DNA of 64,000 nucleotides from Candidatus Bathyarchaeia archaeon (GCA_050015395.1 JBEKBM010000006.1:1-64000); one strand, 5' to 3'; counted from the stretch's first letter, positions 29,403 to 40,446 are shown. Translations and numbers: made by a program. Notes: generated by a model not told the origin, from the sequence alone.

Positions 29403-30401
29403 TTATTTCCCATGGGCTTGTTGGTTAAGTGCGTTCTGAAGAGCGATTAACTGCGAATTCATCCAGTCTTGGAACGTGACAGTCGGCGGCTGGATTGTCT
29501 CCGTTATTGGAACAATCGGAATGCCTTGTTTAGCGGCCTGCGCTTCGATGTTCTGAGTTAGCGGTGTCACCGTTTGTGAGTTGTAAACCAGCACGGTAAC
29601 GGTTCCATTCTGGATAAGCTGCTGGAACTGCACGATGCTCTGTGCCGGGGGGTCGTTTCCTTCGGAGACCGCTTGCATAAATGCGGGGGGAGAGACGAGG
29701 TCGAGACCAGTGGCGTTCGCCAAATACTCAAAGATGCTCTCAGTAGATGCTACTTTCACGCCTCCGAACTGTTGCTTTATCTCGTCGATAAGCTCGTTGT
29801 ATACTCCAAGCGATGCGTTCAATGCAACATACTGCTGTTTATAGTATGCAGCGTGGGTCGGATCTATGGAAACAAGGTCCTGGTACATTGCGTTCACTGC
29901 GTCATTCACATAAATAGGACTGTACCAAAAGTGAGGATTGGCACCAACTGGCTGATTGATGAGTTTTTGCACGTTTAAGACTACTTGATGTGGAGTATTG
30001 CTTGCTGCTATAAGCTTTAGAGCCCAGTCGTCATATCCGGCTCCGTTGACGATTACTAAACGGGCATTTGCAATTGCTATGGCGTCAGCGCTACTGCTTT
30101 CGTATTCATGAGGATCAGCATTGGGGTCTGAAACGATGCTCAGCACATTAACGTGTGTTCCGCCAAGCTGGGTTATCAAACTGCCCCAGAAATTTTCGGC
30201 GGCAACTACCTGTATCACTCCACTAGAACTTGCAGTTGTCGCCGGGGTAGATGCCGGTGCAGTTGTAGGTGACGCCGTTGGTGAAGGCGTTGTCGTCGGC
30301 GTCTTTGCGGGAGTCGAGAAGGATATGTAGGCGAAGACTCCTCCTATGATGATAACGATTACAACAATTGCTGCAATAATCACATACATAGTTTTCCGCA
30401 T
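29403..30401 (-). CDS. Zn/Mn ABC transporter substrate-binding protein
   Basis: N-terminal anchor, DPHEYE, NG..YD.W, NPHFWY, ITET. Confidence 0.93.
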   Translation of the reverse strand: MRKTMYVIIAAIVVIVIIIGGVFAYISFSTPAKTPTTTPSPTASPTTAPASTPATTASSSGVIQVVAAENFWGSLITQLGGTHVNVLSIVSDPNADPHEYESSSADAIAIANARLVIVNGAGYDDWALKLIAASNTPHQVVLNVQKLINQPVGANPHFWYSPIYVNDAVNAMYQDLVSIDPTHAAYYKQQYVALNASLGVYNELIDEIKQQFGGVKVASTESIFEYLANATGLDLVSPPAFMQAVSEGNDPPAQSIVQFQQLIQNGTVTVLVYNSQTVTPLTQNIEAQAAKQGIPIVPITETIQPPTVTFQDWMNSQLIALQNALNQQAHGK

Positions 30402-30642
30402 AGCCTTAACCTCTATATGTGCATGTAATCAGCAAGTTATTAAGTTTTACTCATTTTTTAATAAAGCGTGCTCTTTAACAGATAATAAATTTCACGTAGT
30501 TTTTAGTTGGAACGAAGCAAAAGAAAAATCAAAACTACATCTTTTAGAAACAGCAATCATTGAAGGCACATAAGTCTAAGATGGTATCAGACGATTTATT
30601 AGTTAAACATCTTGTTACATTAAGGATGTTGAGGCGAATTGC

Positions 30643-31047
30643 GTGGAAATAATTAGCGTATCACTGCCTGAGGAATTACTCAAAGAGTTGGATGGTGTTT
30701 TAGGTGAACAACACTCTGCGACAAGATCCGAAGTGATTAGGCAAGCTGTTAGAAACTACATTACAGAATACAACGAGTTAGACAACATCAAAGGGAATGT
30801 GATTGCCACCATAACGGTTCTTTATGAGAAGACAGAGCAAAATGAAGAATTGTTCCACATACAACATGAATACGGAGACATGATTGCGGCGTACTTACAT
30901 TCTCATCTAACTGAAACTAGTTGTCTTGAGGTCATGGCGGTAAAGGGACCCTCCGAGCGGCTCAAAAGCTTGATTGATGGGCTGAAGGCAAACAAGCCGG
31001 TTAAACAAATAAAATTCTCGGTCATGATAACTGACGAGAAAGAATGA
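30643..31047 (+). CDS. NikR/CopG-family metal-responsive regulator
   Basis: IISVSLPEELLKELD..RSEVIRQAVR (RHH) plus HIQHEY..YLHSHL...CLEV. Confidence 0.88.
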   Translation: MEIISVSLPEELLKELDGVLGEQHSATRSEVIRQAVRNYITEYNELDNIKGNVIATITVLYEKTEQNEELFHIQHEYGDMIAAYLHSHLTETSCLEVMAVKGPSERLKSLIDGLKANKPVKQIKFSVMITDEKE

Positions 31048-31226
31048 TTAGTTGATCCCTCTTAGTGCTTTTTCTGTTTCACCCCAAACTTTCACAAAGC
31101 TTACGAGTGCCCCTAGAGTCAACCCCGTTTTTCTAGCAGCTTTTTCTAAATTTACAACTTTGCCTTTATCGTTAGATTCGATCGTCCACGTTTTTCCTAA
31201 ACAAATCGCACTTAACTGATTGCTTT

Positions 31227-31571
31227 CTATATTTTCAGCCAAAGCAAAATACCCATAATTAAGCCGTAAATTGCCAACGCCTCAGCCAACGCCACAATCA
31301 AGAAACTTCTAAAGAACGTGTCAGGCTTCTCAGCTAACGCACTGATTGCGGCGCTACCAGCGGCAGAAATCGCAAGTCCAGCACCTAATCCTGATAAACC
31401 AATAGCTAGCCCAGCGCCGATTGCTAAGCCCAATGTATCATACGGTCCAGTGGTTGTTGTTGTAGTCGCTTGAAGCGTAGAGACTGAGAATGCAGCTGCT
31501 ACCCCGATAAGAGGCAGAAACGCCAGCGGAAGTAACAATAACACTATTAGCATTCGATTCTTCATGTCCAT
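31227..31571 (-). CDS. atpK: A/V-type ATP synthase subunit K (c)
   Basis: GAGLAIGLSGLGAG...EKP...ALAEALAIYG; hydrophobic N-terminal extension. Confidence 0.93.
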   Translation of the reverse strand: MDMKNRMLIVLLLLPLAFLPLIGVAAAFSVSTLQATTTTTTGPYDTLGLAIGAGLAIGLSGLGAGLAISAAGSAAISALAEKPDTFFRSFLIVALAEALAIYGLIMGILLWLKI

Positions 31572-31602
31572 TTAGCTCCAATAAGACAAAAACAACACAG
31601 CT

Positions 31603-31797
31603 CTAGGTATTAACCTTTTTCGTTGCCTTCGTTTCTCCCTCATTTAGGGAGAGCTCAACAGCTTCGCCGATTTTGCTTGCTTCCTCTTTTATTGCGTTGG
31701 CTTTTTCTCTAATTTTCTTAATTTCTTCTTCTGCTATGCGCTCGATGTTCAGGTTAAAATTCTGGTAGTCTTTTTCCAACTTTTCTTTTTTTGACAT
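31603..31797 (-). CDS. Small charged helical protein within the ATPase operon
   Basis: 64 aa Glu/Lys-rich, tightly spaced between usp and atpK. Confidence 0.6.
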   Translation of the reverse strand: MSKKEKLEKDYQNFNLNIERIAEEEIKKIREKANAIKEEASKIGEAVELSLNEGETKATKKVNT

Positions 31798-31816
31798 AGA
31801 TTTTCGATCACAGCCC

Positions 31817-32260
31817 TTATTTTATGACTAGAACAGGACAAGGGGAGTATTCAATCACTCGTTCAGCAACACTACCGATAAGAACCCTCTCTGCAGCTCT
31901 TAGCCCATACGTACCCATTACAATTAAGCCTATGTTTAATTCCTTGGCTAAGTGCACAATCTGTTCGAACGGTCTTCCTTTAGCGAGTATAGAATCCGCC
32001 TTAACGCCTTCTTTCTCTGCTAAGCCGAGAATATATTTAATGTATCGTTGACCATCTTGCTTTAGCTCCTGTTCAACATTCTCGCGTTCGGTTACTTTGG
32101 AAAGTTGGTTAAGAACAACCTCATCAATCACGTAAACTACTATGATTTGGGCATCAAGCATTTTTGCAATACTTATACTGTACTCTGCTGCACGTATGCT
32201 GTAATCTGACCCATCAGTAGGAATCAAAATTTTTTGAATGTTTTTAAAATTCAAAGTCAA
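31817..32260 (-). CDS. Universal stress protein
   Basis: ILIPTDGS...LIVMGTYG....LIGSVAERVI...PCPVLVIK. Confidence 0.93.
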   Translation of the reverse strand: MTLNFKNIQKILIPTDGSDYSIRAAEYSISIAKMLDAQIIVVYVIDEVVLNQLSKVTERENVEQELKQDGQRYIKYILGLAEKEGVKADSILAKGRPFEQIVHLAKELNIGLIVMGTYGLRAAERVLIGSVAERVIEYSPCPVLVIK

Positions 32261-32261
32261 A

Positions 32262-32891
32262 TTATTCGCGCTCCCTAATCATATGCTTAATCCGTTTAGT
32301 TCTAACAAACTCTTCTCGATCTTTTTCTTCCAAAACGAGTGCAATCTTTTTAGTGATATTGCGATACATGGGGATGAGAACGTAATTCAACGCGTTCACC
32401 CGACGCTGAGTCCTTCCCACATCGTTAGCAATCTGAAATGTGGTACCCTCAGCCTTAGCTAAATTGGCGATTAACTCCAGCACACTGTAGAATTGCTTAA
32501 ACGCTTTATCTAGTTCAGCGTTGGTATTTGCGAAACCGTAATCAGGCTTCGCATCAGTTTCGCTTTGAAATTCTACATTAGGAACACTTACGCCCATGAT
32601 ACTTTTGAAATCCAAGAGGAAATCTGCTTCATAGCTTGAGCCCAAAGCCACGTTGGCAACAGTTTCCGAACCCTTAGTCATATTTGCTTCCTTTAGGCTT
32701 TGGTAAGCCTTTGCAAGAGCTTCCAATAAGTCCTCGCGGGCTTTCTCAGCTTCGTAAATGCTATTTCTTAGTTCGCGGAGCAAAATGTCACGTTTACGTT
32801 CAAGTACATCCCGCCCAGACTCTGCTAGACTCAAGGTTTTTTTTGTTCGTATCAGGTTAATTCTTGTTGGGCTAACGTTTTCAAGAGACAT
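32262..32891 (-). CDS. atpD: A/V-type ATP synthase subunit D
   Basis: PTRINL...G..LERKRD, TQRRVNALN...LEEKDREE. Confidence 0.95.
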   Translation of the reverse strand: MSLENVSPTRINLIRTKKTLSLAESGRDVLERKRDILLRELRNSIYEAEKAREDLLEALAKAYQSLKEANMTKGSETVANVALGSSYEADFLLDFKSIMGVSVPNVEFQSETDAKPDYGFANTNAELDKAFKQFYSVLELIANLAKAEGTTFQIANDVGRTQRRVNALNYVLIPMYRNITKKIALVLEEKDREEFVRTKRIKHMIRERE

Positions 32892-32896
32892 TAAGC

Positions 32897-34294
32897 TTAC
32901 TTTACCTCCTTAACGATTTTTGGGTAGTACTTCTTGATGAATTCAGGGCGTATGCTTGTTAATTCTTCATCTGGCAAAACTGAAAGGGTATCCCAAGCAA
33001 TAGAAAGCGTCTGCTCGATTGACCTGTTCTCGTTTTTACCTTGGCAAATAAGCTTCCGCTCGAAACGCTCACCGAAGCGCAGGTATTCTTTGTCCCTGCT
33101 TCCTAACCCTTCCTCGCCGATAATTGTAGCCAGAGACTTCACACCGTTGTACTGTGCATAAGCGGAATATAATTGACTTGCAACGTTAGCATGATCTTCT
33201 CGTGTGCTGTCTTTGCCTATGCCATCCTTCATCAATCTGGAAAGACTTGTGGAAACATAGATTGGGGGATAAATGCTCTGCTTTTCCAAATTGCGAGACA
33301 AAACAATTTGCCCTTCGGTAATGTAGCCTGTAAGGTCAGGAATAGGATGTGTGATATCATCATTTGGCATAGTCAAAATAGGCATCTGCGTGATTGAGCC
33401 TTTCTTGCCAATTATTCTACCTGCTCGTTCGTATATATTTGCGAGATCACTGTACATGTAACCTGGGTAACCCTTTCTACTTGGCACTTCCTCCATTGAA
33501 GCGCTAACCTCACGTAGGGCTTCGCAGTAATTCGTCATATCCGTCAATATTACAAGCACATGCGACTCCTGGTCAAACGCCAAATACTCAGCTAAAGTCA
33601 AACCTGCTCTAGGTGTGATAATTCGTTCCACAGGCGGGTCCTCAGCTAAGTTAAGGAACATTGCTACGTTTTTTATTGCACCAGTTTCCTCAAAGCTTTT
33701 TTGGAAAAAAGCGGCATCATCATGCTCTAGGCCCATTGCAATGAAAACAATATAGAATTCTTCGCCTCCCCCACGAATCTGCGCTTGCCTTACAATCTGA
33801 GCAGCAAGATCATTGTGAGATAAGCCTGGACCGCTAAAGATTGGAAGCTTCTGTCCCCTCACGAGACTGGTTAAACCATCAATTGCCGATATGCCTGTCT
33901 GTATGAAGTCCCTTGGGTATTCTCTTGCAGTAGGATTCAAGGGGAAACCGTTTACGTCGCGTTTTTCTTCCGTGAAAAACCTTGGATGACCGTCAATAGG
34001 TTCGCCGAAACTGTTCATTACACGCCCAAGCATTTCTGTTGATACAGGCACTTCTAGGGACCTTCCGAGAAATCGAGTACGCGTTTCCGAAGGTGACAAC
34101 CCTGTCGTGCCTTCGAAGACTTGGACGGTTACGGCTTTCTGAGTTACCTCAATAACTTTGCCCAAGCGGGTTTCTCCTGTTTGAGTTTTCACCGCTACAA
34201 GTTCATCGTAACCTACTTGTTGCACGTTCTCTACTATGATTATTGGGCCGGAAATTGAAGCTACGCCTTTATATTCTAATCCTGAACCTGCCAT
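32897..34294 (-). CDS. atpB: A/V-type ATP synthase subunit B
   Basis: [42 protein letters not shown]. Confidence 0.97.
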   Translation of the reverse strand: MAGSGLEYKGVASISGPIIIVENVQQVGYDELVAVKTQTGETRLGKVIEVTQKAVTVQVFEGTTGLSPSETRTRFLGRSLEVPVSTEMLGRVMNSFGEPIDGHPRFFTEEKRDVNGFPLNPTAREYPRDFIQTGISAIDGLTSLVRGQKLPIFSGPGLSHNDLAAQIVRQAQIRGGGEEFYIVFIAMGLEHDDAAFFQKSFEETGAIKNVAMFLNLAEDPPVERIITPRAGLTLAEYLAFDQESHVLVILTDMTNYCEALREVSASMEEVPSRKGYPGYMYSDLANIYERAGRIIGKKGSITQMPILTMPNDDITHPIPDLTGYITEGQIVLSRNLEKQSIYPPIYVSTSLSRLMKDGIGKDSTREDHANVASQLYSAYAQYNGVKSLATIIGEEGLGSRDKEYLRFGERFERKLICQGKNENRSIEQTLSIAWDTLSVLPDEELTSIRPEFIKKYYPKIVKEVK

Positions 34295-34299
34295 ATTCT

Positions 34300-36069
34300 T
34301 TACCTCAAACTTGCCTCTAACTCTTCGAAGTGTTGTTGCATCCGTCTTTCCAAATCGTCTAAGAGATTGATTTTATCGTTTGGTATCATAATTTTCATGC
34401 GCATTATCTCCTCTGTGACGGGAAACTGAATAACTTTGATGATTGGTGCACCTTTACTTACGACGCGAGCAGCAAACCTGTGGAAATCTACGATTATCTT
34501 TAACATTTTGAACTGTTTTTGCGGAGAGCAGTAAGTATCTATTGGGTCTAAGGCATTCTGCTGCAAGAGAGCTATACGGATTATTCGGGCTGTCTCTAAA
34601 ATTAAGCGCTGTTTATCAGGCAAAGCTTCTGGACCAACCAGTTTAACGATGTTTTTCAAGTCGTCCTCCGCCTGCAAAATACGCATTGCCTCTTCCCTGT
34701 AACTATTCCATTCTTTGTCCACTTGTTTATGCCACCAACCAGCAAGTTCGTCAACGTAGCCACTGTAACTTTGCATCCAATTAATCGCGGGATAATGCCT
34801 AGCATCTGCTAATTCAGGGTCTAAAGACCAGAAAACCCGTGTGAAACGTTTAGTATGCTGTGTAACAGGCTCAGAAAAGTCACCGCCCGGAGGAGAAACT
34901 GCTCCAATTGCGGAAATCGAGCCTAAACGTTTTTCCGAGCCTAAGGTTTCCACGCCACCTGTGCGTTCATAAAATTCAGCTAATCTTGACGGCAAGTAGC
35001 TCGGAAAACCTTCTTCAGCAGGCATCTCTTCAAGCCTTCCTGAAACTTCTCTTAGCGCTTCTGCCCACCGGCTTGTGGAATCCGCCATTAAAGCAACGGT
35101 GTAGCCCATGTCTCGGTAGTATTCAGCGATAGTTATACCCGTGTAGATGCTGGCCTCACGAGCAGAGACCGGCATGTTGCTTGTATTAGCGACGAGTATG
35201 GTTCTCTCCATAAGAGGGTGCCCAGTAGTAGGGTCAATTAACTTTGGAAAGCTAGTCAGCACATCCACCATTTCGTTGCCGCGTTCTCCGCAGCCCACGT
35301 AAATTATTATGTTCGCGTCTGACCATTTGGCTAGTTGCTGCTGAGTAACAGTTTTCCCAGTACCAAAACCGCCTGGAATGCATGCGCTTCCACCCTTCGC
35401 GATTGGAAAAAAAGTGTCAATTACGCGTTGTCCAGTGATTAAAGGAACAGATGGAGGAAACCTACGACTGTATGGTCTGGGTTTTCTTACTGGCCATTTC
35501 TGCAGCATTGGCATGTCGGTTTTTTTGCCGTTTGCTTCTATGGTGGCAATTACCTCTGTGATCGTGTAGTCGCCTTGGGGTGCAATCTGGACTAGTTTAC
35601 CTTGCAAGGTAGGCGGAACAAGTATACGATGTTCAACCAAATCGGTTTCTGCTACAGTACCGAGGACATCGCCGCCTACAAGCTTGGTTCCAACTTTAGC
35701 TTTGGGTATAAAAGGCCACTTTTTTTCTCTTGAAAGCGGTGATACTCCGCGTGCACTTTTGATAAAGGGTCCCGTAAGTGTCCTTAACAATTCCAATGGT
35801 CTTTGGATGCCATCGAAAACAGTCCCGACTAGTCCCGGAGCCAGCTCCACTGAAAGTGGGCTTCCTGTACCCAAGACGGGCTCGTTAAGTTTAAGTCCAG
35901 AAGTGTTCTGGTAAACTTGGATTGTTGCACGTTCACCTTCTAAACGGATAATTTCACCTATTAAGCCCTCTTTACCTACTTCAACCAGTTCATGCATCAC
36001 GGCTTGTGCCATGCCGTTGGCTTCAACGACTGGCCCCGCAACTCGAATTACTCTGCCTTTAACCGACAT
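34300..36069 (-). CDS. atpA: A/V-type ATP synthase subunit A
   Basis: [41 protein letters not shown]; no intein. Confidence 0.97.
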   Translation of the reverse strand: MSVKGRVIRVAGPVVEANGMAQAVMHELVEVGKEGLIGEIIRLEGERATIQVYQNTSGLKLNEPVLGTGSPLSVELAPGLVGTVFDGIQRPLELLRTLTGPFIKSARGVSPLSREKKWPFIPKAKVGTKLVGGDVLGTVAETDLVEHRILVPPTLQGKLVQIAPQGDYTITEVIATIEANGKKTDMPMLQKWPVRKPRPYSRRFPPSVPLITGQRVIDTFFPIAKGGSACIPGGFGTGKTVTQQQLAKWSDANIIIYVGCGERGNEMVDVLTSFPKLIDPTTGHPLMERTILVANTSNMPVSAREASIYTGITIAEYYRDMGYTVALMADSTSRWAEALREVSGRLEEMPAEEGFPSYLPSRLAEFYERTGGVETLGSEKRLGSISAIGAVSPPGGDFSEPVTQHTKRFTRVFWSLDPELADARHYPAINWMQSYSGYVDELAGWWHKQVDKEWNSYREEAMRILQAEDDLKNIVKLVGPEALPDKQRLILETARIIRIALLQQNALDPIDTYCSPQKQFKMLKIIVDFHRFAARVVSKGAPIIKVIQFPVTEEIMRMKIMIPNDKINLLDDLERRMQQHFEELEASLR

Positions 36070-36074
36070 ACTTT

Positions 36075-36695
36075 CTAGGCCTTCTCCCCGAACAATATTT
36101 TTGCCACTTCAACACGTAAGGCAGGCTTGAGTTCTTGCAACCGATTATCTATGGTGCTATCGTAGGTTATTTTGCCGTCTATAGTTTGGATTTTGCAACC
36201 GCCAATGAAATCTTCGTTTTCGTCTGACAGGTTTAATTCCCGACGTAACTTCTTCGACAAACGGTTCAGCATGTCTTGCGTTAACCATCCTTTATCTTTA
36301 GCGTTGACTTGTATGACGAGATTTTTTTGGCCGATTCTTCCAGCCGCTTCTTCTATAAGCTTCAGGAGATAGCCGTGATATTCCACAGTTGTTACGAAAC
36401 CCTTAAGGTTGAAAAAGGCTTTCTCGAAAGCAGTATCAACTAAGCCTTCTTTTGTTTGAAGCAGGCGATTTCTCATTTCCACCTCAGTTACAGAAGCGAT
36501 TTTTCGCCTCTCGCCTTCTGCTTTAGCTGTCGCCTGATTCATTAAAGTCTGGTAGTTTTGGACTGCTTGCTCTTTTCCTACTTTTAATGTTTGTTTAGCT
36601 TGATTTTCAGCAAATAAGATTATGGCTTCTGATTCTTTTTGCACGTCCCCTAAAACTTCGTTTGCAATCGCGGAAAGACCATCTTTAATACTCAC
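36075..36695 (-). CDS. atpE: A/V-type ATP synthase subunit E
   Basis: N-terminal coiled coil plus IGGCKI...DGKITYDSTI...AKILF. Confidence 0.9.
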   Translation of the reverse strand: MSIKDGLSAIANEVLGDVQKESEAIILFAENQAKQTLKVGKEQAVQNYQTLMNQATAKAEGERRKIASVTEVEMRNRLLQTKEGLVDTAFEKAFFNLKGFVTTVEYHGYLLKLIEEAAGRIGQKNLVIQVNAKDKGWLTQDMLNRLSKKLRRELNLSDENEDFIGGCKIQTIDGKITYDSTIDNRLQELKPALRVEVAKILFGEKA

Positions 36696-36711
36696 TTTTT
36701 TAATCCAGCTT

Positions 36712-37032
36712 TTATATTCTAACGCCTAAGGTTTTGCTGATGAGGTCAGACATGTGGACTTGACTTGGTTTTCCCCTGCTTCCAGGCATCTCCACAATTA
36801 AGGTGCTCTTGCGTTCGCGGCGAATTTTTTCGATAGCCTCATGCATTTGCGGTTGAGCGGAGAATTCTTCGCTTACGATTATAATTGCCAGATCATTGCG
36901 GACAAGCGCTTTGTTTAGAGCTTGCCGTGCCTCATCAACTGAATTTACTTCGGCACCTTCAAGGCCGACCAGTCTGAACCCAGTGATCATGTCGCTGTCG
37001 CCGATAACGTAACCGAGCATGCTATCGCCCAA
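36712..37032 (-). CDS. atpF: A/V-type ATP synthase subunit F
   Basis: VIGDSDMITGFRLVG...IIIVSE..IVEMP...TLGV. Confidence 0.92.
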   Translation of the reverse strand: MGDSMLGYVIGDSDMITGFRLVGLEGAEVNSVDEARQALNKALVRNDLAIIIVSEEFSAQPQMHEAIEKIRRERKSTLIVEMPGSRGKPSQVHMSDLISKTLGVRI

Positions 37033-37076
37033 TAAAACTTTAATTTCTAGTTAATCAACATTTTGTTAGAACATGC

Positions 37077-39080
37077 ATGTTTCGACCAGAAAGAATGAGC
37101 GACACATCAATAATATGCGTTAAACAAGACGTTGAATCAGTACTACAAGCGCTAAGCAGCTTTGGAGAATTCCACATAGAACAAGCAACTGAAGACGCAA
37201 GCCTTACCGACTACAGCGAGAACATCCAGAAGGCTGAGGAGTCCCTCACAAACGTCAACGAGTTAATTAAACAACTTTGCCAAGAAAAACCAGGCATCTT
37301 CGACGTTTTCAAAGTATCACAACCAACTAGAACACAAGTAACCGCGGAAAATTGGCAAGCCCTCTCAGAATCCACTTGCCAACAAGTCTTGACGCTTAAA
37401 AAGGAAGTTGACGACATCAACACCTCTCTATCCAGCCTGCAAGAAAAAACTGCACAGCTTAACCACATCAAAGACATGCTGACAACAATGGATAAGATGA
37501 AAGCAGACCTTGCAGCCATGGAAGAACTAAAATTAATACGTGTTGCCTTTGCAAACGTGCCACATAAAAACTTCGATGGATTAAAAACGGCACTTACAGA
37601 CTTTTCGCTCATTCTGCATCGCTACTACTTAACCAAGGCAACTGACTTTGTATCCTTAGCTGTGCCAAGCAAACAAGGCGCAGACGTCGAGAAAATCCTG
37701 AAGCTACATCACGCTGAAACCTTTGCGATTCCTAAGGATTTACCGCACGATGTGGCTCAAGCGCTTAATGAAGTTAATAATCGATTAAAAGAAAACACGC
37801 ACAAAGAAAAAGCGTTTTTCGATTCACTAAATAAACTAAGCAAAGAAAACAAGAATAAACTTGTCTCATGGAAAGAAAACACTGAAAACATTCTTGCATT
37901 GCTAAATGCGAAAAGAAAGATACTTCAGTCCGGACGGCTTGCAACAGTTAAAGGGTTCGTGCCGGAGAAAAAATTCCGTGCGCTCAACGAAAAAATTCAT
38001 GCAATGCTAGGAGAAAAAGCTTTAGTGCTTCAGAATGAGCCAGTTCAGAACCAAGACCCCCCTACAAAGCTTAGCCACAACAGATTTATCAAGCCTTTTG
38101 AAGAGATCACTAAGCTTTGGGGTCTACCACATTACGACGAGCTGGATCCAACGCCAGTTATTGCAATAACGTTCCCGATTATTTTCGGGTTAATGTTCGG
38201 CGACGTTGGACACGGCTTAATCCTACTAGTCGGCGGGTTAACGCTTGGAATACTAATTAAAAAGAACCAAGCAATAAAAAATGTATGCTGGATTATGGCT
38301 GCCTGCGGCGCCACCACCATTGTCATGGGGCTAATGTATGGCGAGTTTTTTGGTCAGGAGATATTTGCTTTATGGTTCCGCCCGTTTAATAATATCTTTG
38401 ATTTCCTAATTTTCGCCCTTGCCGTAGGCGTAATACAAATCGTCAGCGGTTTGGTTTTGGAAATGGTGAACTTTCTGATTAAGCATAACGTCACTGATGC
38501 AGTTTTTACGGCGGTACCTAAAATAGCGTTCTATCTTGGCGCAGTTTACCTTATTGTAGTTTACAAGTTAAATCTTGGCTTGTGGTTTTCGGGTCCAATA
38601 TTGCTGATTATTGTACCATTTGTGTTTTTGGTTTGCGGTAAGCCAGTTTTTATGACTTTAGAAAAATTTTCATTGCGTGCAGTTGGCCCCGAAATTGAAC
38701 AAAAAGGTCAAGAGAACTTGTTAGGACAGAGAATTTTCGAGGGCGGAGACTTAGTTACTCGCTTGCTTAGTAACACTATTTCTTACACGCGAATTCTTGC
38801 TTTGCTTATGGCTCACTGGGCATTACTCCTTGTAGTATACACTATCGCCGGCTTGGTAGGTTTTGCTTCGATTCCAGCGTTGATTATCAGCGGCATAATC
38901 ATCGTCGTCGGAAATATTTTCGTGATCGGGCTTGAAGGATTAATCGTTTTCATTCATACGCTAAGATTGCACTTCTACGAGTGGTTCAGCAAGTTCTACG
39001 AGGGCACTGGAACAGTGTTTAACCCATTTAAGCAGAACCATGTCTACACTGAAGTTGTCCTTGAGGGAAAACAGGCTTAA
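37077..39080 (+). CDS. atpI: A/V-type ATP synthase subunit I (a), inverted relative to the rest of the cluster
   Basis: MFRPERM, DPPT, ELDPTP, FGLMFGDVGHG, SYTRILAL, IHTLRLHFYEWFSKFY. Confidence 0.96.
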   Translation: MFRPERMSDTSIICVKQDVESVLQALSSFGEFHIEQATEDASLTDYSENIQKAEESLTNVNELIKQLCQEKPGIFDVFKVSQPTRTQVTAENWQALSESTCQQVLTLKKEVDDINTSLSSLQEKTAQLNHIKDMLTTMDKMKADLAAMEELKLIRVAFANVPHKNFDGLKTALTDFSLILHRYYLTKATDFVSLAVPSKQGADVEKILKLHHAETFAIPKDLPHDVAQALNEVNNRLKENTHKEKAFFDSLNKLSKENKNKLVSWKENTENILALLNAKRKILQSGRLATVKGFVPEKKFRALNEKIHAMLGEKALVLQNEPVQNQDPPTKLSHNRFIKPFEEITKLWGLPHYDELDPTPVIAITFPIIFGLMFGDVGHGLILLVGGLTLGILIKKNQAIKNVCWIMAACGATTIVMGLMYGEFFGQEIFALWFRPFNNIFDFLIFALAVGVIQIVSGLVLEMVNFLIKHNVTDAVFTAVPKIAFYLGAVYLIVVYKLNLGLWFSGPILLIIVPFVFLVCGKPVFMTLEKFSLRAVGPEIEQKGQENLLGQRIFEGGDLVTRLLSNTISYTRILALLMAHWALLLVVYTIAGLVGFASIPALIISGIIIVVGNIFVIGLEGLIVFIHTLRLHFYEWFSKFYEGTGTVFNPFKQNHVYTEVVLEGKQA

Positions 39081-40129
39081 AGTAACAGTTGACCCTGTAT
39101 CTCCTCAGGGTTCACTGCCGCTTCCACACCCGAACTCGTAGCAATAAGATCATGCACTTCTGCTTCTTTTTGTGTCATGAAGGCAAGTGGTGCACCAATG
39201 TTGAAAATTTCACCAATCCTGCTTGCTTTAGCATGTTGAAAAACTGCTCTCTTGAAGGCCTTTTCAGCGTTTGCTACCGTTTCTTCTGGATTTTGAGCTT
39301 TAACAAAGAACTTTGCGTAATGGCTCTCGAGGGCAATTTTGAGGGCTGATTCGAAATCAGCTGCCGATAATAGAGCCTCAACAGTTTCCATAGAAAGATT
39401 AAAATTATTATGAGGCACCGCTAGTCGCAGCCAGTTGGCGTCGTAGTTTAGGGTTTTTCCCCTCAGAAGCGTCAGCAATGTGAAGCTATCATTTTCTGTG
39501 CTTGCATAAAAATGTGCATGTGGCTTCTCTTTTTTGGGAAGACTCTCATAACTGTCATGGAGTTTTTCGTAAAATGTCTTATCAAGAAGCATATCAAAGC
39601 GTGCGGTTGAACCGCTTTCCTCATAATTTTGCAGTCCCGTATTCAAGGTGAACGCGTACTCTGTGCTTTTGAGAGCATTCACCATTTGCTTTAAGGCTGG
39701 GGCTTTAGCAGCCTCCTCAATGACTGAGCGTTTTTTAAGATAATCTTCTATAGAAAGGTATATTTTGGCTAGCTTTTGCTCAGGACTTAGGTTGGCGTAG
39801 GCTGCTTTTATCAGCGCCTTGATGTTTTCCACTTCGAACCTTAAAGGGTGCAAGTTAAGATATTTTGTTGCGTTTTTGGGTGAGTTTTTGACTATTTTTG
39901 CATAAGATTCAATGAGATTTTCATTGAATGCTCTTTCGAGTTTGCGGCTTGTAAGTGGCAAGGGCACTTTAGCTATTTGCGCCTGGTAACTGGTTTCTCG
40001 GAGTTGAGCTACGAATGCGGAGAGGTCTCTGCTTTCCGTTAGCGTTTTGAGTTTAACTTCGCTTAGAAGTTTGCTTCTTTCTGCCCCGATTTTGGCTAGA
40101 ACACTCGCATAAAGTGTTGTCTGGCTCAA
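39077..40129 (-). CDS. atpC: A/V-type ATP synthase subunit C
   Basis: Y..V.AKI....SKLL, LRETSY, RFEVENIKALIKA, KEAEV.DL. Confidence 0.9.
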   Translation of the reverse strand: MSQTTLYASVLAKIGAERSKLLSEVKLKTLTESRDLSAFVAQLRETSYQAQIAKVPLPLTSRKLERAFNENLIESYAKIVKNSPKNATKYLNLHPLRFEVENIKALIKAAYANLSPEQKLAKIYLSIEDYLKKRSVIEEAAKAPALKQMVNALKSTEYAFTLNTGLQNYEESGSTARFDMLLDKTFYEKLHDSYESLPKKEKPHAHFYASTENDSFTLLTLLRGKTLNYDANWLRLAVPHNNFNLSMETVEALLSAADFESALKIALESHYAKFFVKAQNPEETVANAEKAFKRAVFQHAKASRIGEIFNIGAPLAFMTQKEAEVHDLIATSSGVEAAVNPEEIQGQLLL

Positions 40130-40446
40130 GGCTGGGTTTCCTCAATCACTGCGTTCACAACTTTCGTGATTGCTGATTCCATATGTTTTTCCGCTTGCAC
40201 TCTCAGTTTATCTGCGGCTACTTGGTTTGCTTTCAGCAGTTCGTCACGGTTGCAATTAGCTTCCTGAATTGTGTTCATGTACAGCTGCTGTGACTCCTCC
40301 TCAGCGTAAGTTTCGCTGTTGGCCAACAACTCTTCCGCTTCTTTCTGTGCGAGATCAGTCATCTTTTTGGCCTTATCCTGCGCTTCGCTACGGATTTGCT
40401 CTGCTTGAGCTTCGATTTTTTTAAGTTCTTCCCAGACTTTCTCCAT
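40126..40446 (-). CDS. atpH: A/V-type ATP synthase subunit H (G-like stalk)
   Basis: LKKIEAQAEQIRSEAQ..A.. helical pattern, overlaps atpC. Confidence 0.8.
   Translation of the reverse strand: MEKVWEELKKIEAQAEQIRSEAQDKAKKMTDLAQKEAEELLANSETYAEEESQQLYMNTIQEANCNRDELLKANQVAADKLRVQAEKHMESAITKVVNAVIEETQP

Noticed and set aside
37033-39080. Phase-variable invertible atpI switch
   Set aside because: No inverted repeats at the junctions, no recombinase nearby, and the shared stop codons suggest a fixed arrangement
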